Shown piece by piece: positions 17,973 to 27,549 of a stretch of DNA of 64,000 bases (the stretch's first letter is position 1; each line of letters begins with the position of its first letter). The stretch is from an uncultured Dehalococcoidia bacterium (GTDB taxonomy: Bacteria; Chloroflexota; Dehalococcoidia; UBA2247; RBG-13-53-26). The stretch spans positions 26,919-90,918 of the forward strand of contig CAZBJX010000003.1 in assembly GCA_964492335.1 (NCBI GenBank). The letters are read 5' to 3'. A model generated the notes under the pieces. It searched no databases and was not told the origin of the DNA. It was given only the letters and a program-made list of their open reading frames with translations. A program made the position numbers and the translations under genes.

Positions 17973-19070
17973 TCACGGGGCCTCCATCGGGGGGGCGTCC
18001 TTGAGGGCCCTGGTCAGCGGCTGCGCCCGGCCGCTCCTGAGGGCCACCGTGTCCTCGATCCGCACCCCTCCCCAGTCGGTGATGTAGACCCCCGGCTCCA
18101 CGGTGAAGACCATGTTCTCCTCGATGACGTCAGCCGAGCCGGCGGAGACCCTGGGGCTCTCGTGGACGGCCAGCCCCACGCCGTGGCCCAGGCCGTGGCC
18201 GAAGGCCTCGCCGTACCCTGCCCGGGTGATGACGGCCCGGGCGATGCCGTCCGCCTGGGCGCCCGTCATGCCGGCCCGGATGCCGTCCAGGGCCGCCAGT
18301 TGCGCCTGCAGGACCAGGCCGTAGATGGTGCGGAACCGCTCGGGGGGCTGGCCCAGGCACAGCGTGCGGCTGAGGTCGCTGCAGTAGCCCCTCCAGCGGG
18401 CGCCGATGTCGAAGATGATGGGCTCCCCCTCGGCGAAGGGGCGGTGGGTCGGCCTGGCGTGGGGCAGGGCGGCGTTCGGGCCGGAGGCCACGATGACGTC
18501 GAAAGGCAGCGGCTCGCTGCCGCCTTCACGCAGGCACTTCTCCACCTCCCATGCCGCCTCCTTCTCCGTCATCCCCGGGCGGGCGCGGGCGGCGATCTCG
18601 TTCATGGCCATGTCGGCGATGAAGGCGGCCCGCAGTATGCAGGAGACCTCCTCTTCGTCCTTGACCGCCCGCAGGGCATCGACGATCCCCTCGGTGGGCA
18701 CCAGCTCCACTCCGGCCTTCTCCGCATCCTCCGACAGGCGGCGGAACCGGGCCACCGGGACCAGGTTGGCCTCAAACCCCACCCTGGCCCCCGGGGAGAG
18801 CCCCGAGACCAGGGCGGCGGACCCGGTGGCAGAGGCAGTCAGCGGGAGGACGGTGAAGCCGGGGGCCTCCTGCCTGGCCTGCTCATGGTAGATGAAGTCC
18901 GTGGCCAGCATGGCCCTGTCCTGCGAGACCAGCAGGGTGGCCGCAGGCCCGCCGGAGCCGGTGAACCCGCTGACGTAGCGGCAGTCCTCCGGCCTGGTCA
19001 TCAGGATGGCGTCCAGGCCCCGCTCCGCCAGCCGGAGGCGGAGCGCGTCAAGCCGCCGGTCTACTCCCAA
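17973..19070 (-). CDS. M24 family peptidase (Xaa-Pro aminopeptidase-like)
   Basis: 365 aa; creatinase N-domain plus pita-bread C-domain with GHGLGHGVGLAVHE and VFTVEPGVY motifs. Confidence 0.82.
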   Translation of the reverse strand: MGVDRRLDALRLRLAERGLDAILMTRPEDCRYVSGFTGSGGPAATLLVSQDRAMLATDFIYHEQARQEAPGFTVLPLTASATGSAALVSGLSPGARVGFEANLVPVARFRRLSEDAEKAGVELVPTEGIVDALRAVKDEEEVSCILRAAFIADMAMNEIAARARPGMTEKEAAWEVEKCLREGGSEPLPFDVIVASGPNAALPHARPTHRPFAEGEPIIFDIGARWRGYCSDLSRTLCLGQPPERFRTIYGLVLQAQLAALDGIRAGMTGAQADGIARAVITRAGYGEAFGHGLGHGVGLAVHESPRVSAGSADVIEENMVFTVEPGVYITDWGGVRIEDTVALRSGRAQPLTRALKDAPPMEAP

Positions 19071-19507
19071 GCCTTTCCCCTCAGCTCGGCCACCAGGGCC
19101 CTCAGGGCGGCGATGTAGCCCCTCCAGCCCAGCCCGGTGACCTGGCCCCGGGCGATGGGGGCGATGATCGACCTCTGGCGGAACTCCTCCCGGGCGTAGA
19201 TGTTGGACAGGTGCACCTCGACGACGGGGAGGTTGGTGTCCAGCAGCGCGTCGCGCAGCGACAGGCCGTAGTGGGTGAGGGCCCCGGCGTTGATCAGGAT
19301 GCCGTCCGCCCCGCCCCCCTCCGTCTGCAGGAAGTCCACCAGGTCGGCCTCGCTGTTGGACTGGAAGGCGGCCACCTCCGTGTCGATCTCGGCGGCGTGC
19401 TGCTCGATGAGCTCGTTGATGTCGTCCAGGGACTTCTCGCCGTAGATGACCTTGCTTCTCTTGCCCAGGATGTTCAGGTTGGGTCCGTGCACGATGAGGA
19501 TCTTCAT
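19061..19507 (-). CDS. aroQ: 3-dehydroquinate dehydratase, type II
   Basis: 148 aa from MKILIVHGPNLNILGKR...; type-II DHQase signature through LINAGALTHYGLSLRDAL and HLSNIYAREEFR. Confidence 0.88.
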   Translation of the reverse strand: MKILIVHGPNLNILGKRSKVIYGEKSLDDINELIEQHAAEIDTEVAAFQSNSEADLVDFLQTEGGGADGILINAGALTHYGLSLRDALLDTNLPVVEVHLSNIYAREEFRQRSIIAPIARGQVTGLGWRGYIAALRALVAELRGKAWE

Positions 19508-21510
19508 TTCTTCTTCTCCGAAGGCGTTTTTCGCTTCTTTCGCGAGCCCCTGCGCCCGTAGCGCCCCTTGAAGGTCTTCTCTCTTTCCTCGCCCTCGCCG
19601 GCCCCGTCGGCCCGGGGCAGGGCCCTGGTGGTGCGGCACTTGGGGAAGCCGGTGCAGGCCACGAAGCGGCCGAAGCGCCCCATCCTGATGACCATGGGCA
19701 TGCCGCAGTCGGGGCAGACCTCGTCGGTGGGCTGGTCCGGCTCCTTCATCTTGACCATCTCCACGTTGGCCTTCTGGAGGGTGACCTCGAAGGGAGTGTA
19801 GAACTCGCGGATGGTCTCTTCCCACGCCTGCCTGCCCTGGGCGATCTCGTCCAGCTCCTCCTCCATGTGCGCGGTGAAGCCGGTGTCCACGATCGACGGG
19901 AAGTGGGCCACCAGCACCTTGTTCACCGTTTCGCCCAGCTCCAGGGGGTGCAGGCGCCCCTCCCTGGTCCGGACGTAGCCCCTCTGGCGGATGGTGCTGA
20001 TGATGGGGGCATAGGTGCTGGGGCGGCCGATGCCCTTCTCTTCCAGGGACTTGATCAGGGTGGCCTCGGTGTACCTCGGCGGGGGCTCGGTGAAGTGCTG
20101 GTCCGGGGTCACCCGCAGGGCCTTCAAGGCGTCGCCCTCCGCCAGGGGCGGCAGGGCGGACTTGCCCTCCTCCGCGTCCCCGTTGGGCTCGTCCTTGCCC
20201 TCGCTGTACAGCACCAGGAAGCCCCGGAAATGGGGCACGGACCCGGCGGCCTTGAAGAGGTAGGTGGGGGCCGCCCCCGCCTCCGGCGGCCTGGCCTCGA
20301 TGTCCACGGACGTGGTGTCGAACTGGGCGGCCGCCATCTGGCTGGCCATCATGCGTTCCCAGATGAGGCGGTAGAGCCTGGCCTGCTCGTTGGACAGGTG
20401 GGCCTTGACGGTGTCCGGGTGGCGGTCGATCCTGGTGGGCCGGATGGCCTCGTGGGCCTCCTGGGCGCCCTTGGCCTTCTTGGTGAAGACCCTGGCGTGC
20501 GGGGGCACGAACTCCTTGCCGAACCTGTCGGCAATGAAGCGGCGGGTCTCGGCCAGGGCCGACTCGGCCACCCGGGTGGAGTCCGTGCGCATGTAGGTGA
20601 TCAGGCCCGCCTGGCCCTCGCCGCCGATGGGCAACCCTTCATAGAGCTGCTGCGCCACGGCCATGGTGCGCTGGGCTGTGAACCGCAGCTTGCGCCAGGC
20701 CTCCTGCTGGAGGGTGCTGGTGATGAAGGGCGGAGATGGCTGGCGGGAGACCCTCTTCTTCTTCACCCGGGTGACGGAGTAGGCCGCCTGCTCCAGCAAC
20801 GCGGCCAGCGGGACCGCCTCCGCCTCCCGGGTGATCTCCAGCTTCGCTTTCTCCCCCTTGATGCCGGACAGCCTGGCGATGAAGGGGGAGGGCTTCTTTT
20901 CGTGGCCCTCGCGGGCCAGCTCGGCCTCGATGGTCCAGTACTCCTGCTGCACGAAGCGGCGGATCTCGTCCTCGCGCTCCACGATCATCCTCAGGGCCAC
21001 GGACTGGACGCGACCGGCGGACAGCCCGCTCCTCACCTTCTTCCACAGCAGGGGGCTGATCTTGTAGCCCACCAGCCGGTCCAGCACGCGGCGGGCCTGC
21101 TGGGCGTTCACCAGGTTCATGTTGATGTGCCGCGGGTGCCGGAAGGCGTCCTTGATGGCTTCGTCGGTGATCTCGTGGAAGACCACGCGGAAGGTGGGGG
21201 TGTCCTCCATGCCTACGGCCTCGATGAGGTGCCAGGAGATGGCCTCGCCCTCGCGGTCCGGGTCCGTGGCCAGGTAGATGGCCTTGGCCTTGGCGGCGGC
21301 CTCCTTGATCTCCTTGACCACCGTCCTCTTGGCCTGGGGGACCACGTAGCGGGGCACGACCCCCTCGTTGAGCGACACCCCGAGGCTCTTCTGCGGCAGG
21401 TCCCGCACGTGCCCCATAGAGGCCTTGACGGTGTACTGGCTGCCCATGATCTTGTCCAGAGTCCTGGCCTTGGCCGGGGACTCCACTACTACCAGGTTCT
21501 TCTTGGCCAT
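19504..21510 (-). CDS. topA: DNA topoisomerase I
   Basis: 668 aa; TOPRIM N-terminus MAKKNLVVVESPAKARTLDKI, catalytic-Tyr region GLITYMRTDSTRV, C-terminal zinc ribbon CPDCGMPMVIRMGRFGRFVACTGFPKC. Confidence 0.92.
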   Translation of the reverse strand: MAKKNLVVVESPAKARTLDKIMGSQYTVKASMGHVRDLPQKSLGVSLNEGVVPRYVVPQAKRTVVKEIKEAAAKAKAIYLATDPDREGEAISWHLIEAVGMEDTPTFRVVFHEITDEAIKDAFRHPRHINMNLVNAQQARRVLDRLVGYKISPLLWKKVRSGLSAGRVQSVALRMIVEREDEIRRFVQQEYWTIEAELAREGHEKKPSPFIARLSGIKGEKAKLEITREAEAVPLAALLEQAAYSVTRVKKKRVSRQPSPPFITSTLQQEAWRKLRFTAQRTMAVAQQLYEGLPIGGEGQAGLITYMRTDSTRVAESALAETRRFIADRFGKEFVPPHARVFTKKAKGAQEAHEAIRPTRIDRHPDTVKAHLSNEQARLYRLIWERMMASQMAAAQFDTTSVDIEARPPEAGAAPTYLFKAAGSVPHFRGFLVLYSEGKDEPNGDAEEGKSALPPLAEGDALKALRVTPDQHFTEPPPRYTEATLIKSLEEKGIGRPSTYAPIISTIRQRGYVRTREGRLHPLELGETVNKVLVAHFPSIVDTGFTAHMEEELDEIAQGRQAWEETIREFYTPFEVTLQKANVEMVKMKEPDQPTDEVCPDCGMPMVIRMGRFGRFVACTGFPKCRTTRALPRADGAGEGEEREKTFKGRYGRRGSRKKRKTPSEKKK

Positions 21511-21520
21511 TCTCTCCGAT

Positions 21521-22675
21521 CTAGTTCAGTATGTAGTTCATGCCGCCCACCTGCCGGGCCAGTCCCTTGATCTCCAGCATAGCCAGGGTGCTGGTCACGG
21601 TTGGCGTCGGCAGTCCGCTGGCGCGGCAGAGCGCATCGATGTGGGTGGCCTCCCGGGTGAGGTGCATCAGCACCCGGGCCTCGGTGTCGGTGGCGGCCGC
21701 CGCGTCCTTCAACTCCAGCTGGCGCGCTGTCCTCGTCAGCTGGAGCTCATCGAAGATGTCGCGGGTGTGGCGCACCAGCTTGGCCCCCTGCAGTATCAGG
21801 GAGTTGGTGCCGCTGGAGAGCGGCGAGAATATGCTGCCCGGGATGGCGAAGACCTCGCGGTTCTGGTCCGCGGCGAGCTTGGCGGTCAGCAGCGCCCCGC
21901 TGCCCTCGCCGGCCTCTGCCACCAGGACCCCCAGGCTTATCCCGCTGATGATGCGGTTGCGGCGGGGGAAGTGCTCCGGCCGGGGCCCCATGCCGAGGGG
22001 GTACTCGCTGATGAGGGCGCCCTGGAGCGCTATCCTGCGGGCCAGGGGGGCGTGGCCGGCGGGGTAGACCGTGTCCAGCCCGCACCCGGTGACGGCCAGG
22101 GTGCGCCCCCCGGCGTCCAGGGCGGCTCGATGGGCAACGCCGTCGATGCCGGCGGCCAGGCCGCTGACCACGGTGACCCGGTGGCGTGCCAGGTCCCGGC
22201 TGATCTCCTCCGCCGCCTGCCGGCCGTACTGGGACGGCCGCCTGGTGCCCACCACCCCCACCGCCGCCTCGTCATCGGGCAGGAGCGTGCCCATCACGTA
22301 GAGCAGGATGGGGCAGTCGGAGATCTCCCTGAGCCGGGGCGGGAAGAGGGGATCGTCCGGGGACAACGCCTTCACCTGGAGCCGCTGCATCTTCTCCATC
22401 TCGTGGTCCAGGGAGAGCGCGGCCCGCGTGGCCGCCAGGGCCTCGGCCGCAGCGGCGGGCAGCCCGGCGGACTTGAGCCCCTGCGGCGTGCCGTGCCACG
22501 CCCTCTCCAGATCGCCGAAGTGGCGCAGCAGGAGGGAGAGCCTCGCCCGCCCGATGCCCGGAACGTGGGTGAAGCCGACGAGGTAGGGCAGCTGTTCAGG
22601 ACTGATTCTCACGGGGCTGCTCGATTCGTCTTGCCCTTGAAGCCCGGCCTCCCGCCCGGACCCCCGGCGGGACAT
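21521..22675 (-). CDS. dprA: DNA-processing protein DprA (Smf)
   Basis: Start MSRRGSG; Rossmann-like DprA core VVSGLAAGIDGVAHRAAL...GRTLAVTGCGLD...EYPLGMGP...FPRRNRIISGIS...LVAEAGEGSGAL; C-terminal winged helix. Confidence 0.85.
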   Translation of the reverse strand: MSRRGSGREAGLQGQDESSSPVRISPEQLPYLVGFTHVPGIGRARLSLLLRHFGDLERAWHGTPQGLKSAGLPAAAAEALAATRAALSLDHEMEKMQRLQVKALSPDDPLFPPRLREISDCPILLYVMGTLLPDDEAAVGVVGTRRPSQYGRQAAEEISRDLARHRVTVVSGLAAGIDGVAHRAALDAGGRTLAVTGCGLDTVYPAGHAPLARRIALQGALISEYPLGMGPRPEHFPRRNRIISGISLGVLVAEAGEGSGALLTAKLAADQNREVFAIPGSIFSPLSSGTNSLILQGAKLVRHTRDIFDELQLTRTARQLELKDAAAATDTEARVLMHLTREATHIDALCRASGLPTPTVTSTLAMLEIKGLARQVGGMNYILN

Positions 22676-22723
22676 CGGTGCAAGAGGTAATGTTATCACA
22701 GAGGGCAAGGGGAAGGAAGGCGG

Positions 22724-22808
22724 CGGAGAGGGTGGGATTCGAACCCACGGTCGCTTGCGCGACACACGCTCTCCAGGCGTGCCTGATCGTCCACTCCAGC
22801 ACCTCTCC
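22724..22808 (-). tRNA. tRNA-Ser (anticodon GGA)
   Basis: 85 nt; GGAGAGG acceptor, anticodon loop CUGGAGA, long variable arm, T-loop GGGTTCGAATCCCAC, discriminator G. Confidence 0.85.
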
Positions 22809-22901
22809 CGCGCCGGCACCTACTATGATATCCTATCCGGTCCTCAACATGGTAGTCGCGGCCCGCGGCGCCGGCCGGCTGCCTGTTCCCTGAAGGCCCG
22901 G

Positions 22902-23020
22902 CCCGGTGATGGGCCGTCAAGCCTGGCCCTCGTGGATGGGCGGCCCGGTGATGGGCCGTCAGGCCCGGCCCTCGTGGATGGGTGGCCCGGTGATGGGCCG
23001 TCAGGCCCGGCCCCGGGGAT
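22902..23020. repeat. 42-bp direct tandem repeat, ~2.8 copies, between the two tRNA-Ser genes
   Basis: Unit CCCGGTGATGGGCCGTCARGCCYGGCCCTCGTGGATGGGYGG at 22902, 22944, 22986 (third copy partial, merges into tRNA flank). Confidence 0.8.
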
Positions 23021-23022
23021 GG

Positions 23023-23109
23023 CGGAGAGGGTGGGATTCGAACCCACGCTCCACTTACGCGGAGACCGCTTTTCGAGAGCGGCACCATCAACCACTCGGT
23101 CACCTCTCC
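23023..23109 (-). tRNA. tRNA-Ser (anticodon CGA)
   Basis: 87 nt; same acceptor/T-arm as the neighbouring tRNA-Ser, anticodon loop CUCGAAA, long variable arm. Confidence 0.85.
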
Positions 23110-23180
23110 GCGGGGCTGTCTGAAACGCCGGCCCGGCCTGCCGGGCCGGCGACGGACCGGACAGAATTCCAAAGGACCAA

Positions 23181-23239
23181 CGGTTGGCGTTCTCCCCATG
23201 GCTGAAGCCAGGGGCTTGCGGCCTTCGTTCTCCTGGTCA
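23181..23239. repeat. ~59-nt conserved intergenic element, copy B (see 3434..3492)
   Basis: Identical 52-nt core to copy A; lies between tRNA-Ser(CGA) and the 3' end of the ArsB/NhaD permease gene. Confidence 0.6.
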
Positions 23240-23385
23240 ATTGTATCCGACGTCGAAAGCCTCGTCAAAGGGCCTGATTGACTCATAAGCGGTGTTACCG
23301 GGACCGGTGCGGCTCCCCCCGCCGCATGCCGACGGCCGGGATTGCGGTCGCAGGGGCGCCATGGTCTATCGACGGGGGCCGCCGG

Positions 23386-24765
23386 CTACGCGTACCTGAT
23401 GACCAGCAGGACGTTGCACAGCCCGATCACCAGTATCGTGGCCGGCACGGCGTACCTGAGGTACCGGCCCCAGGTGATGCGGTAGCCCTCCTTCTCCGCG
23501 ATGGCGGTCCCCACTACGTTGGCCGAGGCGCCGATGGGGGTGGCGTTGCCCCCGATGTCCGTGCCCAGCGCCAGGGACCAGGACAGCGGCCTGATGGGGA
23601 GGTCCTGTGTGGCCGACAGGGAGGCGATCACCGGGCACATGGTGGCGGCGAAGGGGATGTTGTCCACCAGGGCCGAGGCGAAGGCCGAGAGCCACAGGAT
23701 GAAGGTCAGGGCCACGGCCAGGTTGTCGCCGGAAGCCCGGGCGATGAGGTCCGCCAGCTCCCGGAGGACCCCGGTGACCTCCAGCCCCCCCACGCAGACA
23801 AACAGGCCCAGGAAGAAGAGCAGGGTGCGCCAGTCCAGCCCCCGGATGATTTGGCCCGGCTGGCTCCCCACCGTGAAGGCCGCCAGGATGGTCAGCCCCG
23901 CGGCGATCACCCCGATCAGGCCCACCGACAGCCCGCTCTGGGCGTGGGTCACCAGCAGGGCGATGACCAGCAGGAAGATGGCGGTGCTGGCAGCGAACAG
24001 GCGGGGGTTGGTGATGGCCTCCTTCGGCTCCGGGTAATGGGGCTGGTCCTGGCCCGGCCTGGCGGTCGACTGCCGCAGGGCCTTGCGGAACATGAAGTAG
24101 AAGAGGACCACCACCACGACCATGCCGATCCAGGCGATGGGCCCGGTGTTGACCAGGAAGTCCAGGAAGGTGTAGTGGAAGTGCGTGCCGATGATGATGT
24201 TGGGGGGGTCGCCGGACATGGTGGCGGCGCCACCGGTGTTGGAGGCGAATATCTCGGCGATGATGAGCGGCACCGGGTCGAACTTCAGCATTCGGGCCAG
24301 CTCGACGGTGACCGTGGCCATGAACAGCATGACCGTGATGCTGTCGATGAACATGGACAGGAAGCCGGAGAGTAACATGAAGGTCACCAGGATGGGGATG
24401 ATGCGGTACTTCACCAGCCGGGCCACCACCAGGCAGATCCAGCGGAAGAAGCCCGCCGCCCCCAGTCCCTCCACCATGATCATCATGCCCCCGATGAACA
24501 GCATGGTCTGCCAGTTGACGCCGCCCACCTCCGACACCTGCGCCTCCCCGGCGTGCCGGCTGAACCACCAGCTCCCTTCGACGAAGTCCGGCAGGCGCAG
24601 CACCTGCCACAGGCTGTGTGGCCCGTCGTCGACCAGCGTCAGGACCAGAATGGCGGTGAGCGCGGCGCCGATGAGGGCGGGGATGTAGCGGTGGACCTTG
24701 CCCCACATGATGGCGGCGAACATGGCCGCGAAGATGACAATGGCCAGGACCTGCTCTATGCTCAT
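23386..24765 (-). CDS. ArsB/NhaD-superfamily anion permease
   Basis: 459 aa, ~12 TM; inverted-repeat topology with SNTGGAATMSGDPPNIIIG and LALGTDIGGNATPIGASANVV motifs typical of ArsB/NhaD/DASS transporters. Confidence 0.75.
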   Translation of the reverse strand: MSIEQVLAIVIFAAMFAAIMWGKVHRYIPALIGAALTAILVLTLVDDGPHSLWQVLRLPDFVEGSWWFSRHAGEAQVSEVGGVNWQTMLFIGGMMIMVEGLGAAGFFRWICLVVARLVKYRIIPILVTFMLLSGFLSMFIDSITVMLFMATVTVELARMLKFDPVPLIIAEIFASNTGGAATMSGDPPNIIIGTHFHYTFLDFLVNTGPIAWIGMVVVVVLFYFMFRKALRQSTARPGQDQPHYPEPKEAITNPRLFAASTAIFLLVIALLVTHAQSGLSVGLIGVIAAGLTILAAFTVGSQPGQIIRGLDWRTLLFFLGLFVCVGGLEVTGVLRELADLIARASGDNLAVALTFILWLSAFASALVDNIPFAATMCPVIASLSATQDLPIRPLSWSLALGTDIGGNATPIGASANVVGTAIAEKEGYRITWGRYLRYAVPATILVIGLCNVLLVIRYA

Positions 24766-24786
24766 AGGCTTACAATGAGGGTGATC

Positions 24787-26001
24787 TTACCCCGTTTGGC
24801 CCCGGGTTATCAAGTGGTGGGCGACCACCAGGAAGGCGGCCAGGGCGAAGGGGATGGGGCTGATGACGTAGTAGTAGGTGGCGGCGGCCAGGTGCGGGGC
24901 CCCCACGGGCGCGCTCTCCAGCAGGCCCACTGCCAGGGTGGCGATGCAGGCCAGGACCACGCCGATGCCCAGCCCGTAGGCGGGGTGGCTGCGGGGAGAG
25001 GTGATGATCCCGATGGACAGCCTGGCGCCGATGACCAGGGCCAGGGCCAGGGCCAGCGCTCCGAGGACGCCGGTGTCGCAGTAGAGCTCCAGGTAGGCGT
25101 TGTGCGGGTGGGAGACCTCCCAGAAATCGGGAGCGTTCCACAGGTCCATCCGGCCATAGTACGCCCGGGCCCAGCAGCCCAGGCCCAGGCCGGTCCACGG
25201 GGCCCCGGCCACCGGCGACGCCGAGAGCAGGTCCACGGTGTCGCGCCACAGCTCCAGCCTGCCGGAGTTGCCATCCTGGCCGGAGATGCTCTGCCCCGAG
25301 ACCAGGCTCAGCAGCGAGTCTTTGGTGATGGCCAGGACGACGATGACGGTGGCGGCTGACACCAGGGCCATCAGCACCCTGGTCCTGCCCCGCGTGCCGA
25401 AGCAGGCCACCCCGAAGAGGATGGCCGCGGCCACGGCCAGCATCATGGCCATGCCGTGGTTGGTGTCCTTGCTGGCGGACTCGGGGCCCCACTGGTTGTA
25501 CACGTGCGGGTTCCCGGTGAGGATGAGCAGCAGGACGATGGCGAGTCCCGCCACCAGCAGCACCACCAGCACCTTCATCCAGAAGGCGGGGCGGCTGTCG
25601 CTGGTGAGGACGCAGCAGGCGATGAGCGTCGCCAGGAGGCACTGGAAGGCCCCCAGGCTCATGGTCCGCTCCGGCGAGACGCAGAGGCCGACGAAGGCCC
25701 CCAGGACCAGCAGGGCCGCGGGTATATCGAAGGGTGTCCGGGAGACCATCGCCTGGCCGCTCAGGTACCTGGCGGGGAAGGGCAGGCAGGCCAGGGCCAG
25801 GGCGGCCCAGGTCAGGGCCGGGCTCCAGTGCATCAGGTAGGAGGCATAGACCAGGATGCCCCAGAGGATGCTCCAGGGCGGGGCGGCCGCCGCCACCGCG
25901 CCGGCGGCCCTGGACAGCCAGGCCGGGGCGGGGTCCGCCCGGCGGGGGGCGGGTGATGGCGGGGGATGGGGCGCACCGGGGGGGCCTGGAGCGGATTGCA
26001 T
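24787..26001 (-). CDS. O-antigen ligase (Wzy_C) family membrane protein
   Basis: 404 aa polytopic; periplasmic-loop motif WEVSHPHNAYLELYCDTGVLGAL matches O-antigen ligase/polymerase domain; Pro-rich N-terminus. Confidence 0.65.
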   Translation of the reverse strand: MQSAPGPPGAPHPPPSPAPRRADPAPAWLSRAAGAVAAAAPPWSILWGILVYASYLMHWSPALTWAALALACLPFPARYLSGQAMVSRTPFDIPAALLVLGAFVGLCVSPERTMSLGAFQCLLATLIACCVLTSDSRPAFWMKVLVVLLVAGLAIVLLLILTGNPHVYNQWGPESASKDTNHGMAMMLAVAAAILFGVACFGTRGRTRVLMALVSAATVIVVLAITKDSLLSLVSGQSISGQDGNSGRLELWRDTVDLLSASPVAGAPWTGLGLGCWARAYYGRMDLWNAPDFWEVSHPHNAYLELYCDTGVLGALALALALVIGARLSIGIITSPRSHPAYGLGIGVVLACIATLAVGLLESAPVGAPHLAAATYYYVISPIPFALAAFLVVAHHLITRGQTG

Positions 26002-26145
26002 GATCGTGATGTACCATCATATTATGGCGCCCGGGCCATTGCAAACGGGCCCGGGCCGCCGGGGCCTTTGCCCGCGGCCGGGGCCGGCCCTATAATGGGT
26101 GCTCGATGCCATGAGTGGAGCAATGTGCAGACCGGGCCAGGGCGC

Positions 26146-27522
26146 ATGATGCCCGGCCGCCTCTTTCGCGGCCTGGCCCAGGCGTACCGCGACCCGCTGC
26201 GCCGCAACTCCACCTACCTCATGGCCACCCACGGGGTGATCGGCCTCTTCGGCTTCTTCTTCTGGAAGATCGCCGATATGCAGTACGGCACCCCCGCCGT
26301 CAGCCAGGCGACTACCCTGGTGTCCGCCGTGCTGCTGCTGCATGTGCTGTCCCGCCTGGGCCTGGACATCGCCCTGATCCGCTTCCTGCCGGGGGAGGAG
26401 GACAAGCCGGGGATGATCAACACAGCGTTCACCATCGTGGGGCTGGGATCCGGGATGCTGGCCGTGGCGGTGATCGCGGGAGTGGGGATATGGGCCCCCC
26501 CGTCCTCCGAGCTCCACGTGGTGGCCGACAACCTGGGCTACTCCTTCCTCTTCGTGGTCTTCACCGTGGCCTCCAGCCTGGCGGGGCTCATGCGGCAGGG
26601 GGTGTTCGTGGCCGGGCGCAGCACCCAGTCTTCGCTGGCCATTGAGGTGGTGGCGGGGGTGAGGCTGCTCCTGCTGCCGGCCCTGATCGCCCTGGGGGCC
26701 GTCGGCATCTTCGTCTCCTGGGGCCTGGCGGGCATGGCCTCCCTGGCGGTAGGCATGGGGCTGGTGGTCATCTTCCAGAGGGACTACCGCCCGGTCCTCA
26801 ATATCCGCCGCGGCGTGGTGGGCCGGATGGTGCGGTTCTCCGCGGGCAACTACGTCGCCGAGACCCTGCGGGAGATGCCCGGCTTCCTGCTGCCCCTCAT
26901 CGTCTCCTTCGTGTTCGCCGGCGCCGTCTCCTCGGGGCAGGCCTCCTCCATGACCGCCTACTTCTACATCTCCTGGACCATAGCCAGCGGGATCATGATG
27001 ATCGCCCATGCCACCGGCTCCTCGCTGCTTGCGGAGGGCGCGCTGGACCCGCGGCGCTTCGGCGCCACCTCGCTGCGGGCCTTGCAGTTCATGTTGCTGC
27101 TGCTGGCGGCGGGCATAGCGGCGGTGTTCCTGCTGGGCCGCCCGCTGCTGTCCTGGTTCGACGGGGGCCGGGGCATGTACGCCGAGAAGGGGCTGTGGCT
27201 GCTGCGGCTCCTGAGCCTCTCGGGGGTGCCCATTGCCATCAACACCATCTACGTCACCTACCAGAGGATGCAGCGCCGGCTGGCGCCGGTGGTCGGGGTG
27301 TACGGGTTTGTGGCCGTCTTCACCATCGGGGTGGGATGGGCCCTGCTGAGGCGGATGGAGCTCACCGGGATCGGCCTGGCCTGGCTGGCCAGCAACAGCG
27401 CGGCGGCCCTGGTGGCCGGCGGCCTGATGACCTCGGGCTGGCTGCGGGCGCGCCGCAAGAGGCGTCAGGGCGGTGAGCGCCCCGGGCCCCCTCAGGGGAG
27501 CGGGGCGGCCAGCACCTCGTAG
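26146..27522 (+). CDS. polysaccharide/oligosaccharide flippase (Wzx-like, MOP superfamily)
   Basis: Start MMPGRLFRGLAQAYRDPLRRNSTYLMATHGVIGLFGFFFW; ~12-14 TM, typical Wzx organisation. Divergent from the ligase-like gene. Confidence 0.65.
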   Translation: MMPGRLFRGLAQAYRDPLRRNSTYLMATHGVIGLFGFFFWKIADMQYGTPAVSQATTLVSAVLLLHVLSRLGLDIALIRFLPGEEDKPGMINTAFTIVGLGSGMLAVAVIAGVGIWAPPSSELHVVADNLGYSFLFVVFTVASSLAGLMRQGVFVAGRSTQSSLAIEVVAGVRLLLLPALIALGAVGIFVSWGLAGMASLAVGMGLVVIFQRDYRPVLNIRRGVVGRMVRFSAGNYVAETLREMPGFLLPLIVSFVFAGAVSSGQASSMTAYFYISWTIASGIMMIAHATGSSLLAEGALDPRRFGATSLRALQFMLLLLAAGIAAVFLLGRPLLSWFDGGRGMYAEKGLWLLRLLSLSGVPIAINTIYVTYQRMQRRLAPVVGVYGFVAVFTIGVGWALLRRMELTGIGLAWLASNSAAALVAGGLMTSGWLRARRKRRQGGERPGPPQGSGAASTS

Positions 27523-27549
27523 ATGCGGACGTCGCGGCCGGGCCTTCGA

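Noticed and set aside
22696-23286. 196-aa minus-strand ORF spanning both tRNA-Ser genes, the 42-bp repeats and the 59-nt element
   Set aside because: It reads straight through two tRNA genes. Its apparent internal protein repeats are just the DNA minisatellite. Its shared peptide DQENEGRKPLASAMGRT with ORF 3291..3542 reflects the duplicated non-coding 59-nt element, not a conserved protein.
23386-24765. Considered calling the permease ArsB (arsenite pump) as part of an ars operon
   Set aside because: No arsR/arsC/arsA neighbours. Motifs are shared across the whole ArsB/NhaD/DASS superfamily, so only the superfamily-level call is supported.
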